DNA of 64,000 nt from an uncultured Eubacterium sp. (GTDB lineage: Bacteria; Bacillota; Clostridia; Lachnospirales; Lachnospiraceae). Positions 1 to 10,747 of the stretch are shown here, one piece after another. Numbering within the stretch: position 1 is the first letter of the stretch; the number at the start of each line of letters is the position of its first letter. The notes below the pieces were generated by a model that was given only the letters and a program-made list of their open reading frames with translations, was not told where the DNA came from and ran no database searches. Both the position numbers and the translations under genes were made by a program. The stretch lies in contig CAKRFN010000001.1 of NCBI GenBank assembly GCA_934320655.1, forward strand, positions 184,848 through 248,847, given 5' to 3'.

Positions 1-2
1 GT

Positions 3-389
3 ATCTACCGCGCCACGGTGAGCCGTGAGCAGCAAAAGCAACAGGCGCCCACACAGATGGCAGAGGAACCGCAGGCAGACAAGGCGCAGGGCGCAGAGCG
101 GTTGCAGGAGACCGGTGCGGTGCGTGTGCCAGAGACTCCTTCCGGAGAGAGTGCGGAAGAAGTCCCTGCCGGATACACGATCCAGCCGGAATCGGCGCAG
201 ACCACATATACACTTGCGGTGGCGGATGGCTGTCTGCAGGTATATGTCTTAGAGACCGGACAGCTCTATATGGAGACAACGATCGTCTATGATCTGCTGC
301 CGGAGGAAGTGCGCACGCAGATCGATGCGGGAAAGCATTTTGACAGCGAAGAGACACTGCTTGAGTTTTTGGAGAGTTACTCCAGTTAG
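3..389 (+). CDS. C-terminal fragment of a hypothetical protein whose start lies upstream of the window; E/Q/A-rich linker followed by a ~60-aa C-terminal domain
   Basis: The frame is open from the window edge with no in-frame stop before the GTG at 18; stop at 387-389. Confidence 0.4.
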   Translation: MYRATVSREQQKQQAPTQMAEEPQADKAQGAERLQETGAVRVPETPSGESAEEVPAGYTIQPESAQTTYTLAVADGCLQVYVLETGQLYMETTIVYDLLPEEVRTQIDAGKHFDSEETLLEFLESYSS

Positions 390-404
390 GAATAGGACAT
401 ATTG

Positions 405-1793
405 ATGGATAAAGGAATGAAATCCAAGGTGGCAGCCGGACACCGTCCGGGTTCAGAAAAGATATGGGATGTGATTGTCGTCGGCGGCGGAGCCGCCGGA
501 CTGATGGCGGCGATTCAGGCAGCCAGAGGGGGCGCACAGGTGCTCATACTGGAGCATATGGAGCGGCCAGGCAAGAAAATCCTGATGACCGGAAACGGAA
601 AATGTAACTTTAGCAACGAAATATTGCACACAATCGACGAGTGGCAGGACGGGCATTCATGCAAAAAGTATTATCATGGAGCTTGTCCTGCATTTGTACT
701 GCCTGCGCTAAAAAACTACGATGTTAATTTTACATTAAACTTTTTCGGCGATTTGGGAGTCGTGCCGGTGACACGCAGAGGTGGTTATTATCCGGCGGGC
801 GGACAGGCGGCAGGCATATTGGCTGTAATGCTGATGGAATGCGGGCGTCTGGGCATTTCGATCGAGTGTAATATCGGCATAAGGTCAATCACGAAAGCGG
901 AAAATATATGCGCTAATGGATCAAAAAAAACAGAAATTTTTGTGTTTGAGACAAAAAACGGCAGCTTTTTCAGTCAAAAATGTATCCTTGCGACCGGTGG
1001 AAAGTCTTATAAGAAGACCGGAAGTGACGGCAGCGGATTTCTATATGTAGAACGTCTCGGGCACCACATACAAGATTTAGTTCCGGCGCTCGTCCCCTTG
1101 CAATCCAGCCTTGCATTTTTCAAAAAGGTTGCAGGAATTCGTGCAGAAATTTCGGCAAAAATCTACATCAATGACCGAGAAATGGACCGTCAGACAGGCG
1201 AGCTACAGTTGACTGATTACGGCATTTCCGGTATCTGCATTTTTCAGATGAGTTATCTGGCAGCACAGGCATTTTCAGATGCGAAACGAGCCGGTGGATC
1301 AGCGCCCGAGGTGGAGGTCGAGCTGGATTTTGCTCCCGGGATGACAGATCAGGAAACGCATGATATACTAAAGGCTCGTCTGAGCCATCCGTGTGCCGCA
1401 CACAAGACGGCAGCGCAGAGTCTGATCGGCTGGTTTCCGGACAAGCTGGGCGCTGCTTTTTTGGAGGAAACCGGGATCGCACCGGATCAGCCGTGTGCAC
1501 GGATCGGTGAAAGACAGTTGATAGAGCTCGGCAAACGGATCAAGCATCTGCGTGTGCCCATCACGGCGACGCGCTCCTTTGAACAGGCACAGGTGACTGC
1601 CGGAGGCGTGGATACGTCACAGGTCGATGCGCAGACGATGGAATCAAAGCTTGTCGAGGGCTTGTATTTTGCGGGAGAGATGCTCGATGTCGACGGTATC
1701 TGCGGCGGCTTTAATCTGCAATGGGCGTGGTCGAGCGGCGCCGCTGCCGGCAGACATGCGGCATCCGCTGTGACAGGGAGTGACAATTCATGA
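405..1793 (+). CDS. HI0933-family FAD-binding flavoprotein (BaiN-like NAD(P)/FAD-dependent oxidoreductase)
   Basis: Rossmann motif DVIVVGGGAAGLMAA and family signature MTGNGKCNFSN; AGGA 7 nt upstream of the ATG at 405. Confidence 0.85.
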   Translation: MDKGMKSKVAAGHRPGSEKIWDVIVVGGGAAGLMAAIQAARGGAQVLILEHMERPGKKILMTGNGKCNFSNEILHTIDEWQDGHSCKKYYHGACPAFVLPALKNYDVNFTLNFFGDLGVVPVTRRGGYYPAGGQAAGILAVMLMECGRLGISIECNIGIRSITKAENICANGSKKTEIFVFETKNGSFFSQKCILATGGKSYKKTGSDGSGFLYVERLGHHIQDLVPALVPLQSSLAFFKKVAGIRAEISAKIYINDREMDRQTGELQLTDYGISGICIFQMSYLAAQAFSDAKRAGGSAPEVEVELDFAPGMTDQETHDILKARLSHPCAAHKTAAQSLIGWFPDKLGAAFLEETGIAPDQPCARIGERQLIELGKRIKHLRVPITATRSFEQAQVTAGGVDTSQVDAQTMESKLVEGLYFAGEMLDVDGICGGFNLQWAWSSGAAAGRHAASAVTGSDNS

Positions 1794-3388
1794 TCAGAAT
1801 TCAACAGTTAAAATTACCACTCATACATAATGAACAGATGATCGAAGAGAAGATCTGTGCCACGCTTGGCATTCCGATGGGTACAGATTTTCAGTATGAT
1901 ATCATCCGTCGTTCCGTGGATGCGAGGAAAAAGCCGCAGCTTTTTTATGTGTACACGGTCGATGTGACGATGAGCGGCGAGGCAAAGCTTGTAAAAAAAT
2001 TACATAAGCCCAATATCCAGCTCGTGCAAAAGAGCCGGTACCATTTCCCAAAGCCCGGTGAACTGGCGATAAAGCACCGGCCGGTCGTCGTAGGTGCGGG
2101 TCCTGCGGGATTGTTCTGTGCGTATGAGCTGGCGCTGCACGGATACCGGCCAGTCATTTTGGAGCGCGGCAGGCGGGTGGAACAGCGCACGGCAGATGTC
2201 GTCCGGTTCTGGGAGGAAGGGATCTTAGACCCGTCCTCGAATGTCCAGTTCGGAGAGGGCGGAGCCGGTACGTTTTCAGATGGAAAACTAAACACGCTGG
2301 TCAAAGATCCGATCGGGCGCGGCAGGCATGTGTTAGAGGTGTTCTGCAAATGCGGGGCGCCGTCCGAGATTTTATATGATCACAAGCCGCACATCGGAAC
2401 CGATATTCTGACAGCAGTGATCCGCAATCTGCGGGAGGAGATCCTGCGTCTGGGCGGTAAATTTTTGTTTGAGACCTGTATGACGGAGCTGGTGTGTGAA
2501 AACGGCGCGTTGACAGGGCTTATTGTGCGCGATCCCCACGGTGAGCGGCAGATCGATACCGACATTGCCATACTCGCACCCGGACATTCCGCAAGGGATA
2601 CGTTTGAGATGTTAGCGCAACATGCGCTTCTCATGGAGCCGAAACCGTTTGCGGTCGGTTTCCGCGTGGAACACCCGCAGCGGATGATCAACGAGAGCCA
2701 GTACGGTACAGATCCGGATATGGAGCATCTGCCCGTCGCACCGTATAAGGTCACGGCGAATTTTCCCTCACAGCGAGGTGTCTATTCGTTTTGCATGTGT
2801 CCCGGCGGTTACGTGGTCAATGCTTCATCGGAAACAAAGCATCTGGCAGTCAACGGCATGAGCTATTACCGCCGTGACAGCGAAAATGCCAATTCCGCGA
2901 TTATCGTTGCTGTGACACCTGCGGATTTTCCGGGAACCGATGCGCTTTCGGGTGTACGCTTCCAGCGTGCCTTGGAACGCCATGCCTATGAATTGTGTGA
3001 TGGCAGAATCCCGCAGCAGCTATACGGAGATTTTAAAGAGCGGCGTATATCGGATGGATACGGTGATTTCACAAGCTGCGTCAAGGGCGCGGCTGATTTT
3101 GGCGCGCTACATGAGCTGCTGACCGATGATATGAACCGCTGCTTTGTGGCAGGCATGGAGCAGTTCGGTAAAAAGCTGCGCGGCTTTGACCGCGCCGATG
3201 CGATTTTATCCGGTGTTGAGAGCCGGACATCTTCGCCGCTCCGCATTGTGCGCAATGAACAGTTGGAGAGCAGTATCCGTGGACTTTATCCGTGCGGGGA
3301 GGGCGCGGGCTATGCCGGCGGTATCACATCCGCGGCGATGGACGGTATCCGGGTCGCAGAGGCGGTCGCGGGCAGGTATCATCCGTAA
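1790..3388 (+). CDS. FAD-dependent protein (COG2509-type NAD(FAD)-utilizing dehydrogenase)
   Basis: VVVGAGPAGLFCAYELA dinucleotide-binding motif; ATGA start/stop overlap with the upstream flavoprotein gene. Confidence 0.75.
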   Translation: MIRIQQLKLPLIHNEQMIEEKICATLGIPMGTDFQYDIIRRSVDARKKPQLFYVYTVDVTMSGEAKLVKKLHKPNIQLVQKSRYHFPKPGELAIKHRPVVVGAGPAGLFCAYELALHGYRPVILERGRRVEQRTADVVRFWEEGILDPSSNVQFGEGGAGTFSDGKLNTLVKDPIGRGRHVLEVFCKCGAPSEILYDHKPHIGTDILTAVIRNLREEILRLGGKFLFETCMTELVCENGALTGLIVRDPHGERQIDTDIAILAPGHSARDTFEMLAQHALLMEPKPFAVGFRVEHPQRMINESQYGTDPDMEHLPVAPYKVTANFPSQRGVYSFCMCPGGYVVNASSETKHLAVNGMSYYRRDSENANSAIIVAVTPADFPGTDALSGVRFQRALERHAYELCDGRIPQQLYGDFKERRISDGYGDFTSCVKGAADFGALHELLTDDMNRCFVAGMEQFGKKLRGFDRADAILSGVESRTSSPLRIVRNEQLESSIRGLYPCGEGAGYAGGITSAAMDGIRVAEAVAGRYHP

Positions 3389-3467
3389 AATCGTTATAGA
3401 GCATTTGATTGGAGAGGAATTTCCTGTCAAATAAAAAAGTCTGAGGGATATTAGAAATAGGAGGAAC

Positions 3468-6113
3468 ATGATGGCTGAGTATTCACCCATGATGCAGCAT
3501 TATTTACAGACAAAAGAGGAGCATAAGGACTGTATTCTTTTTTACAGGCTGGGCGATTTTTATGAAATGTTTTTTGAGGATGCGCAGATCGCGTCGAAGG
3601 AGCTGGAGCTGACGCTGACCGGAAAACAGTGCGGAATGGAAGAACGCGCACCGATGTGCGGCGTGCCGTTCCATGCCGCAGATACATATATTAACCGTCT
3701 TGTGGCAAAGGGCTACAAGGTAGCGGTCTGTGAGCAGATCGGTGATCCGAAGTTGACGAAGGGGATCGTTGAGCGGAAGGTGATCCGCATTGTGACACCC
3801 GGTACGAATACCGATGCCGCATCCCTTGATGAGTCAAAAAACAATTATCTGATGTGCATTTACTGCGATGAGGCAGTGTTTGGCGTATCTACGGCAGATG
3901 TATCGACCGGAGACTATTTTGTGACCGAAATCGACACGACGCAGAAACTGATGGATGAGATCCAGAAATTTGCGCCTGCGGAGATCATTTGTAACGAGGC
4001 GCTGTTTTTGAGTTCACTCGATATCGAGACACTGCGCAGCAGGTTTGGCATCACGGTGACGGCGCTCGATTCATGGTATTTTACCGATGATACCGCAAAA
4101 GGTGTTTTGCTGGATCATTTTCATGTCAGACAGCTCGACGGACTTGGTCTGGCAGATTATCTATCCGGTACGCTGGCAGCCGGTGCGCTGCTCAAATATT
4201 TATATGAAACACAGATGAACGGTCTGGAGCACATGACGACGATCAAGCCGTATTCGACAAGCGCTTTTATGGTGCTTGACTCGGCAACGAGACGCAATCT
4301 GGAGCTGGTCGAGACGATGCGCGAGAAAAATAAAAAGGGATCGCTGCTGTGGGTGCTGGACAAGACGAAAACAGCGATGGGCGCGCGTCTGCTGCGCACA
4401 TATGTGGAACAGCCGCTGATCCACAAGGATGCGATTGAGGCGCGTTTTGATGCGATCGACGAGCTGAACCAGAATATTATGAGCCGGGAGGAAATGAGCG
4501 AGTATCTGAATCCGGTGTACGATCTGGAACGCCTGATTACGAGAATCAGCTATCAGACGGCAAATCCGCGCGATTTAATTGCATTTAAAAATTCATTGCA
4601 GATGCTCCCGCCGATCCGCATGGTGCTCTCGGAGTTTCACGCAAAGGCACTCACAGACTTATTAGAACAGATGGACAGTCTGGAGGATATTTCCAGCTGG
4701 ATCGACGAGGCGATCGTCGAAGAACCGCCGTTGTCCGTACACGATGGAAATATTATAAAAGAAGGCTATTTTGAGGAGGTTGACCGTCTGCGCAAGGCAA
4801 AGACCGAAGGGAAAAACTGGCTGGCACAGATTGAAAGCTCCGAGCGCGAAAAGACCGGGATCAAAAATCTGCGCATCAAATACAACAAGGTGTTCGGCTA
4901 TTATCTGGAAGTTACAAATTCCTATAAGGATCTGGTTCCGGACTATTATACGAGAAAACAGACATTGACGAACGCGGAACGTTATATCACGCCGGAGCTC
5001 AAGGAGCTGGAGGAGACGATTCTCGGCGCGGAGGATAAGCTCGTACAGCTTGAATATGAGCTGTTTCGCCAGCTGCGCGAACGGATCACAGGCGAGGTGA
5101 CACGTATTCAGCGTTCCGCGAAGGCGGTTGCCGGTCTGGATGTACTGCTCTCGTTTGCGAAGGTCGCGGACACGCAGCACTATTGCCGTCCGCGCATCAA
5201 TGAAAACGGCACACTGATGATCCGCGATGGCAGGCATCCGGTTGTGGAAAAAATGATGAACAACGATATGTTTATCCCGAATGATACGCATCTCGACAAC
5301 GGTAAAAACCGCATTTCCATCATAACCGGACCGAATATGGCGGGAAAATCGACTTATATGCGCCAGACGGCGCTGATCGTGCTCATGGCGCAGATCGGCA
5401 GCTTTGTGCCTGCGGCTGAGGCGGACATCGGGCTTGTGGACCGCATTTTTACGAGGGTCGGAGCGAGTGATGATCTCGCGAGTGGTCAGAGTACGTTTAT
5501 GGTCGAAATGAATGAGGTGGCAAATATCCTGCGCAATGCGACATCGAACAGCCTGCTCATTCTGGATGAGATCGGACGCGGTACGTCTACGTTTGACGGA
5601 CTTTCGATCGCGTGGGCGGTCGTTGAGCATATCAGCAATCCGAAGCTGCTCGGCGCCAAGACACTGTTTGCGACACATTATCATGAGCTGACCGAGCTGG
5701 AGGGCAAGCTCGACAACGTGAATAATTATTGTATCGCCGTGAAAGAAAAGGGCGATGACATCGTATTTTTACGAAAAATCGTAAAGGGCGGTGCCGACCG
5801 CAGCTACGGTATTCAGGTCGCAAAGCTGGCGGGCGTGCCGGACTCCGTGATCAACCGTGCGAAGGAGATCTGTCAGGAGCTGATCGAAAACAATATCACA
5901 TGCGGCGTGGAGAGTCTCTCTCCGGATAAGCGCACGCACAAAAAGGTCAAAAAGCTCGACGAGGTAGACCAGAATCAGATCTCGCTGTTTGATACGGTGG
6001 ACGATGACGATATTTTAAAGGAATTAAAGGGGCTCGATCTGGGGAATTACACACCGATCGAGGCATTAAATAAATTGTATGAGCTGCAGGCGAAGCTTAA
6101 AAACCGTTGGTAG
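3468..6113 (+). CDS. mutS: DNA mismatch repair protein MutS
   Basis: N-terminus MQHYLQTKEEHKDCILFYRLGDFYEMFFEDA; Walker A GPNMAGKSTYMRQ; HTH-like C-terminus; AGGAGG RBS. Confidence 0.95.
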   Translation: MMAEYSPMMQHYLQTKEEHKDCILFYRLGDFYEMFFEDAQIASKELELTLTGKQCGMEERAPMCGVPFHAADTYINRLVAKGYKVAVCEQIGDPKLTKGIVERKVIRIVTPGTNTDAASLDESKNNYLMCIYCDEAVFGVSTADVSTGDYFVTEIDTTQKLMDEIQKFAPAEIICNEALFLSSLDIETLRSRFGITVTALDSWYFTDDTAKGVLLDHFHVRQLDGLGLADYLSGTLAAGALLKYLYETQMNGLEHMTTIKPYSTSAFMVLDSATRRNLELVETMREKNKKGSLLWVLDKTKTAMGARLLRTYVEQPLIHKDAIEARFDAIDELNQNIMSREEMSEYLNPVYDLERLITRISYQTANPRDLIAFKNSLQMLPPIRMVLSEFHAKALTDLLEQMDSLEDISSWIDEAIVEEPPLSVHDGNIIKEGYFEEVDRLRKAKTEGKNWLAQIESSEREKTGIKNLRIKYNKVFGYYLEVTNSYKDLVPDYYTRKQTLTNAERYITPELKELEETILGAEDKLVQLEYELFRQLRERITGEVTRIQRSAKAVAGLDVLLSFAKVADTQHYCRPRINENGTLMIRDGRHPVVEKMMNNDMFIPNDTHLDNGKNRISIITGPNMAGKSTYMRQTALIVLMAQIGSFVPAAEADIGLVDRIFTRVGASDDLASGQSTFMVEMNEVANILRNATSNSLLILDEIGRGTSTFDGLSIAWAVVEHISNPKLLGAKTLFATHYHELTELEGKLDNVNNYCIAVKEKGDDIVFLRKIVKGGADRSYGIQVAKLAGVPDSVINRAKEICQELIENNITCGVESLSPDKRTHKKVKKLDEVDQNQISLFDTVDDDDILKELKGLDLGNYTPIEALNKLYELQAKLKNRW

Positions 6114-6146
6114 TACATAAATGGGATCAATGAAAAGGAGGCTGTC

Positions 6147-8072
6147 ATGCCACAGATTCAATTACTGGATGAGGCGACAATCGAAAAGATCGCAGCGGGT
6201 GAGGTCGTGGAACGGCCGTCCTCGGTAGTGAAAGAGCTGGTAGAAAATGCGATCGATGCAAAAGCTACATTTATCACGGTGGAGATCAAGGAGGGCGGAT
6301 TGTCGTTTATCCGCATCACCGATAATGGATGCGGCATCGACAAAGAGCAGGTGCGCCTTGCTTTTCTGCGTCATTCCACGAGCAAGATCCGCTCGTTGGA
6401 GGATCTCATGTGCATCAAATCACTCGGTTTCCGCGGCGAGGCACTGGCGAGTATCAGTGCGGTGGCACAGGTAGAGCTGATTACGAGACCGCGCGGGGCG
6501 CTGACCGGCGTGCGCTATGTCATCGAGGGCTCGAAAGAGAAGCTATTTGAAGAAATCGGTGCGCCAGAGGGCACGACCTTTCTCGTGCGCAATCTGTTTT
6601 TCAACACGCCGGTACGCCGCAAATTCTTAAAATCCGCACAGACCGAGGCGGGATATGTTGCGACGATCATGGAGCGCCTTGCATTATCGCATCCGGAGGT
6701 ATCGTTCCAGCTCATCGTGAATAACCAGCAGAAGCTGCATACATCCGGTAACTGTAACCGCAAGGACATTATCTATCATATTTACGGCAAGGATATTGCC
6801 TCGAATCTGTTGCCGGTTGAACGTGACGAGTGTGGGATTGGAGTAAACGGATTTATCGGAAAACCGCTGGTTTCCAGAGGCAACCGCAATTTTGAGAATT
6901 ATTATATCAATGGACGCTATATGAAAAGCCAGATCATCGCAAAGGCGATCGAGGAGGCATATAAGCCGTATCTGATGAATCATCAGTATCCGTTCACGGT
7001 ATTGTACCTTGCGATGGATGAGGAATTGATGGATGTCAACGTACACCCGACGAAAATGGAAGTGCGTTTTGCCAACGGCGAGCAGCTTTATCAGACGTTA
7101 CTCGGTATGCTGCGCGATACCTTGCAGGGGCGGGATCTCGTACCGGAGGTGTCTGTCCATGAGGAAAAGACCGGGGTAGGGGAAAAGCCGCAGGCACCGG
7201 CAAAACCGGATACTGCTCCTCGTGCACCGCAGCCGTTTGAGCGCAACCGGATTTCCGAGATCCGCCGCTCGATCGCAAAGGACAGCCCCTATGAACTGAA
7301 ATACGCGCCGCGCCCGCTGCCGCAGCCGGAACAACAGATTGAGACACCAGAGCCCGTAACTAAGGAGCAGCCCGCAGCCGTTTCCGAGCCGGAACCGAAA
7401 ACTGGGGCTGTGGAGCAGCAATTAGCGCTCACGGACGTATTCCGCGAGGAAAACGGCTACCAGACCGGATTTATTGAGCAAGCGAAAAAATCTAATGTCC
7501 ATGTGATCGGGCAGTTGTTTGACACCTACTGGCTCACGCAGGCAGAGGATAAGCTCTATATTATCGATCAGCATGCGGCGCATGAAAAGGTACTTTTTGA
7601 GCGCAACATGAAAACCTTCGCCACACGTGAATATACGTCCCAGCAGCTCAGCCCGCCGATCATACTCAGCCTGTCCATGACCGAACAGCAGGCATTACAG
7701 AGTAATCTTGAGGAACTGAAAAAGCTGGGCTTTGAGATTGACGAATTTGGCGGACGCGAATATGCGATACTGGCAGTTCCCGATAATCTGTACAATCTGG
7801 ATGCGAAAGCATTGTTTCTGGAGCTTTTGGATGATATGGTATCGCAGACCGCAACACAGGTACTCACAACGGAGATGATCTGGAATAAGGTTGCGACGGC
7901 TTCCTGCAAGGCGGCGATCAAGGGCAATCAGAGGATCAGCGCCGCAGAGGTGGAGACATTGATCAAGGAGCTGCTGACGCTCGAAAATCCGTATCACTGT
8001 CCGCACGGCAGACCGACGATGATCTCGATGAGCAAGTATGAGATTGAGAAGAAGTTTAAGCGGATTCTGTGA
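6147..8072 (+). CDS. mutL: DNA mismatch repair protein MutL
   Basis: GHKL ATPase N-terminus IQLLDEATIEKIAAGEVVERPSSVVKELVENAIDA; C-terminal dimerization domain; immediately after mutS. Confidence 0.95.
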   Translation: MPQIQLLDEATIEKIAAGEVVERPSSVVKELVENAIDAKATFITVEIKEGGLSFIRITDNGCGIDKEQVRLAFLRHSTSKIRSLEDLMCIKSLGFRGEALASISAVAQVELITRPRGALTGVRYVIEGSKEKLFEEIGAPEGTTFLVRNLFFNTPVRRKFLKSAQTEAGYVATIMERLALSHPEVSFQLIVNNQQKLHTSGNCNRKDIIYHIYGKDIASNLLPVERDECGIGVNGFIGKPLVSRGNRNFENYYINGRYMKSQIIAKAIEEAYKPYLMNHQYPFTVLYLAMDEELMDVNVHPTKMEVRFANGEQLYQTLLGMLRDTLQGRDLVPEVSVHEEKTGVGEKPQAPAKPDTAPRAPQPFERNRISEIRRSIAKDSPYELKYAPRPLPQPEQQIETPEPVTKEQPAAVSEPEPKTGAVEQQLALTDVFREENGYQTGFIEQAKKSNVHVIGQLFDTYWLTQAEDKLYIIDQHAAHEKVLFERNMKTFATREYTSQQLSPPIILSLSMTEQQALQSNLEELKKLGFEIDEFGGREYAILAVPDNLYNLDAKALFLELLDDMVSQTATQVLTTEMIWNKVATASCKAAIKGNQRISAAEVETLIKELLTLENPYHCPHGRPTMISMSKYEIEKKFKRIL

Positions 8073-8421
8073 GAAACATATTTTTTCTTGGGTGGCGAGA
8101 AATGACGGATGCTGGAACATTCGCGCTGCTAGGTTACTGCCATGCCAGCATCCTGCATCTGGCTGCTGAAATTATTTCGCAAGCGATGTGTAACGCAGGG
8201 CTGACGGCTGTGGACACAGTAGTTCCTGTCAACTGCGACTTTTGCACAGCGAAGTGCGAGCTTGTAGCCAAAGCCAGCAGTACTGGGGCAAAACAGAGCG
8301 AGACACCGCTGGTGCAATCGGAGCAGCTTGATCAGGATACTACTGTGTTCACAGACAGACAGCCCCGATAAACATACGTTTCGCAATTATTTTATAACTT
8401 TATATTTAAGAGGACACATCT

Positions 8422-9369
8422 ATGAACAAAAAAAACATGGTGATTCTGACCGGCCCTACCGCAGTCGGCAAGAGCGCCCTCTCGATCGCGCTCGCCAAGT
8501 CACTGGACACCGGCATCATATCGGCGGATTCCATGCAGGTATATAAACATATGGATATCGGCTCCGCGAAGATCACACCGGAGGAGATGCAGGGCGTTCC
8601 CCATGCGCTGATCGATGTCTACGAGCCGGATGAGCCGTTTCATGTCGTACAGTTTCAGCACGATGCCAAAGCTGCGATGGAGCACCTGTGGGTAGAAAAC
8701 AAACTGCCACTTATCGTTGGCGGCACGGGATTTTATATTCAGGCACTGCTATATGACATTGATTTTTCCAAGGAGGATGCGGATCTTGCATTCCGCCGGA
8801 GTCTGGAAGAGCTGGCGCAGACCAAAGGCGCACAGGCATTACATGACAGGCTTGCGCAGGTCGATCCTGATGCGGCGGCACAGATCCATGCCAATAATAT
8901 CAAGCGCGTGATCCGTGCACTGGAATTTTATGAAAAAACCGGCACACCGATCTCTGCGCACAACGAGACGGAGCGTGCCAAACAATCCCCCTACGGGTTT
9001 GCCTATTTTGTGCTGACCGACCGCAGGGAGCATTTATACGAGCGGATCGATGCGCGCGTCGATGCCATGATGGAGCAGGGATTGCTCGACGAGGTAAAAA
9101 GACTGCGTGACATGGGCTATACAAGAGATCTGGTATCGATGCAGGGACTGGGCTACAAAGAACTGCTTGCCTACCTCGACGGTGAGTGTTCGCTGGATGA
9201 GGCAGTCTATATTATCAAGCGCGATACGAGACACTTTGCCAAGCGTCAGCTCACATGGTTCCGCCGTGAGCGGGATGTGATCTGGGTCGATAAGTCCGCA
9301 TTTGATTACGATGAAGACAAAATTTTATTATATATGTTAAAAGAGATAGAAAAGCGAGGGTTAAAGTAA
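8422..9369 (+). CDS. miaA: tRNA dimethylallyltransferase MiaA
   Basis: P-loop GPTAVGKS; ISADSMQVYKHMDIGSAKIT and VGGTGFY motifs; conserved position after mutL. Confidence 0.9.
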   Translation: MNKKNMVILTGPTAVGKSALSIALAKSLDTGIISADSMQVYKHMDIGSAKITPEEMQGVPHALIDVYEPDEPFHVVQFQHDAKAAMEHLWVENKLPLIVGGTGFYIQALLYDIDFSKEDADLAFRRSLEELAQTKGAQALHDRLAQVDPDAAAQIHANNIKRVIRALEFYEKTGTPISAHNETERAKQSPYGFAYFVLTDRREHLYERIDARVDAMMEQGLLDEVKRLRDMGYTRDLVSMQGLGYKELLAYLDGECSLDEAVYIIKRDTRHFAKRQLTWFRRERDVIWVDKSAFDYDEDKILLYMLKEIEKRGLK

Positions 9370-10685
9370 TGGAACAGCAGAAAAATACAGCTTTCGATCT
9401 GCAACAGATTTACGCACAGATGGGAATTGACGAGCCGGTCTACCGGTTCGGTGAGAAAATAGCGACAGAGCTCGAACCGCGTTTCGCAAAGATCGATCAG
9501 GTCGCAGAGTATAATCAGCTCAAGGTCATCGCGGCGATGCAGAAAAACCGTGTGAGCGCCGAGTGCTTCAACGCATCGAGCGGTTACGGCTACAATGACC
9601 TCGGACGCGACACACTCGAACAGGTCTATGCGGATGTTTTTCATGCCGAGGCAGCACTCGTGCGCCCGCAGATCACCTGTGGCACACATGCGCTGGCACT
9701 GGCACTGATGTCCAATCTGCGTCCGGGCGATGAACTGTTATCCCCGGTCGGCAAGCCCTACGATACACTCGAGGAAGTGATCGGTATCCGTCCGTCAAAG
9801 GGCTCACTGGCGGAATACGGCATCACTTACCGCCAGGTCGATTTTCTTCCGGATGGCGGGTTTGACTATGACGGCATCCGTGCCGCAATCGGCGAACATA
9901 CAAAGCTGGTGACAATCCAGCGCTCCAAGGGGTATCTCATGCGAAAGACACTCTCGATCGCACAGATCGGCGAGCTGATCGCGTTTGTAAAGAGCATCAA
10001 GCCGGATGTGATCTGCATGGTAGACAACTGCTACGGCGAATTCGTAGAGACGATCGAGCCGAGTGATGTCGGTGCCGATATGGTCGTCGGCTCACTCATC
10101 AAAAATCCGGGCGGCGGACTGGCTCCAATCGGCGGCTATATCGTTGGCACGAAGGAATGCGTCGAAAATGCGGCATACCGCCTTACTTCGCCGGGACTTG
10201 GCAAGGAGGTCGGCGCATCGCTGGGCGTGATCCAGTCGTTTTATCAGGGACTGTTTCAGGCTCCGCTCGTTGTCAGCGGCGCGTTAAAGGGCGCGATTTT
10301 TGCCGCAAACCTGTACGAGCGCCTCGGCTTTACGGTACTGCCGGACGGCACGGAGAGCAGGCACGACATTATACAGGCAATCGCACTGGAGACACCGGAG
10401 CGGCTGTGTGCGTTCTGCGAGGGCATTCAGGCGGGCGCGCCCGTGGACAGCTATGTGACACCCGAACCGTGGGACATGCCCGGCTATGACAGTCAGGTCA
10501 TTATGGCGGCAGGTGCGTTTGTACAGGGATCATCGATTGAACTGTCGGCAGACGGACCGCTGCGCGAGCCCTACAATGTGTATTTTCAGGGCGGACTGAC
10601 CTGGCACCACGCAAAATTCGGCATTCTGATGTCTTTACAAAAACTTTATATTCGTAATCTTGTTAATAAGGAGCATCTGTGCTAA
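9369..10685 (+). CDS. Aluminum-resistance / Cys-Met-metabolism PLP-dependent family protein (YnbB-like)
   Basis: Family resemblance in YNQLKVIAAMQKNRVSAECFNASSGYGYNDLGRD...TCGTHALALAL; TAATG overlap with the miaA stop. Confidence 0.7.
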   Translation: MEQQKNTAFDLQQIYAQMGIDEPVYRFGEKIATELEPRFAKIDQVAEYNQLKVIAAMQKNRVSAECFNASSGYGYNDLGRDTLEQVYADVFHAEAALVRPQITCGTHALALALMSNLRPGDELLSPVGKPYDTLEEVIGIRPSKGSLAEYGITYRQVDFLPDGGFDYDGIRAAIGEHTKLVTIQRSKGYLMRKTLSIAQIGELIAFVKSIKPDVICMVDNCYGEFVETIEPSDVGADMVVGSLIKNPGGGLAPIGGYIVGTKECVENAAYRLTSPGLGKEVGASLGVIQSFYQGLFQAPLVVSGALKGAIFAANLYERLGFTVLPDGTESRHDIIQAIALETPERLCAFCEGIQAGAPVDSYVTPEPWDMPGYDSQVIMAAGAFVQGSSIELSADGPLREPYNVYFQGGLTWHHAKFGILMSLQKLYIRNLVNKEHLC

Positions 10686-10747
10686 AATAATTTGATAGTA
10701 TGTTCTGCGTTGTGGCTGCGATGAGGAGAGAGCAGAAACGAGGGCAT

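Noticed and set aside
4662-5684. 340-aa ORF on the minus strand inside mutS
   Set aside because: It is antisense to a highly conserved MutS coding region, its product is R/H/Q-rich low-complexity, and it has no RBS. It is a spurious shadow ORF.
8069-8371. 100-aa ORF as a real gene overlapping the mutL stop
   Set aside because: The GTG start has no RBS and the composition is atypical. It is kept only as a finding (possible small protein or ncRNA), not as a feature call.
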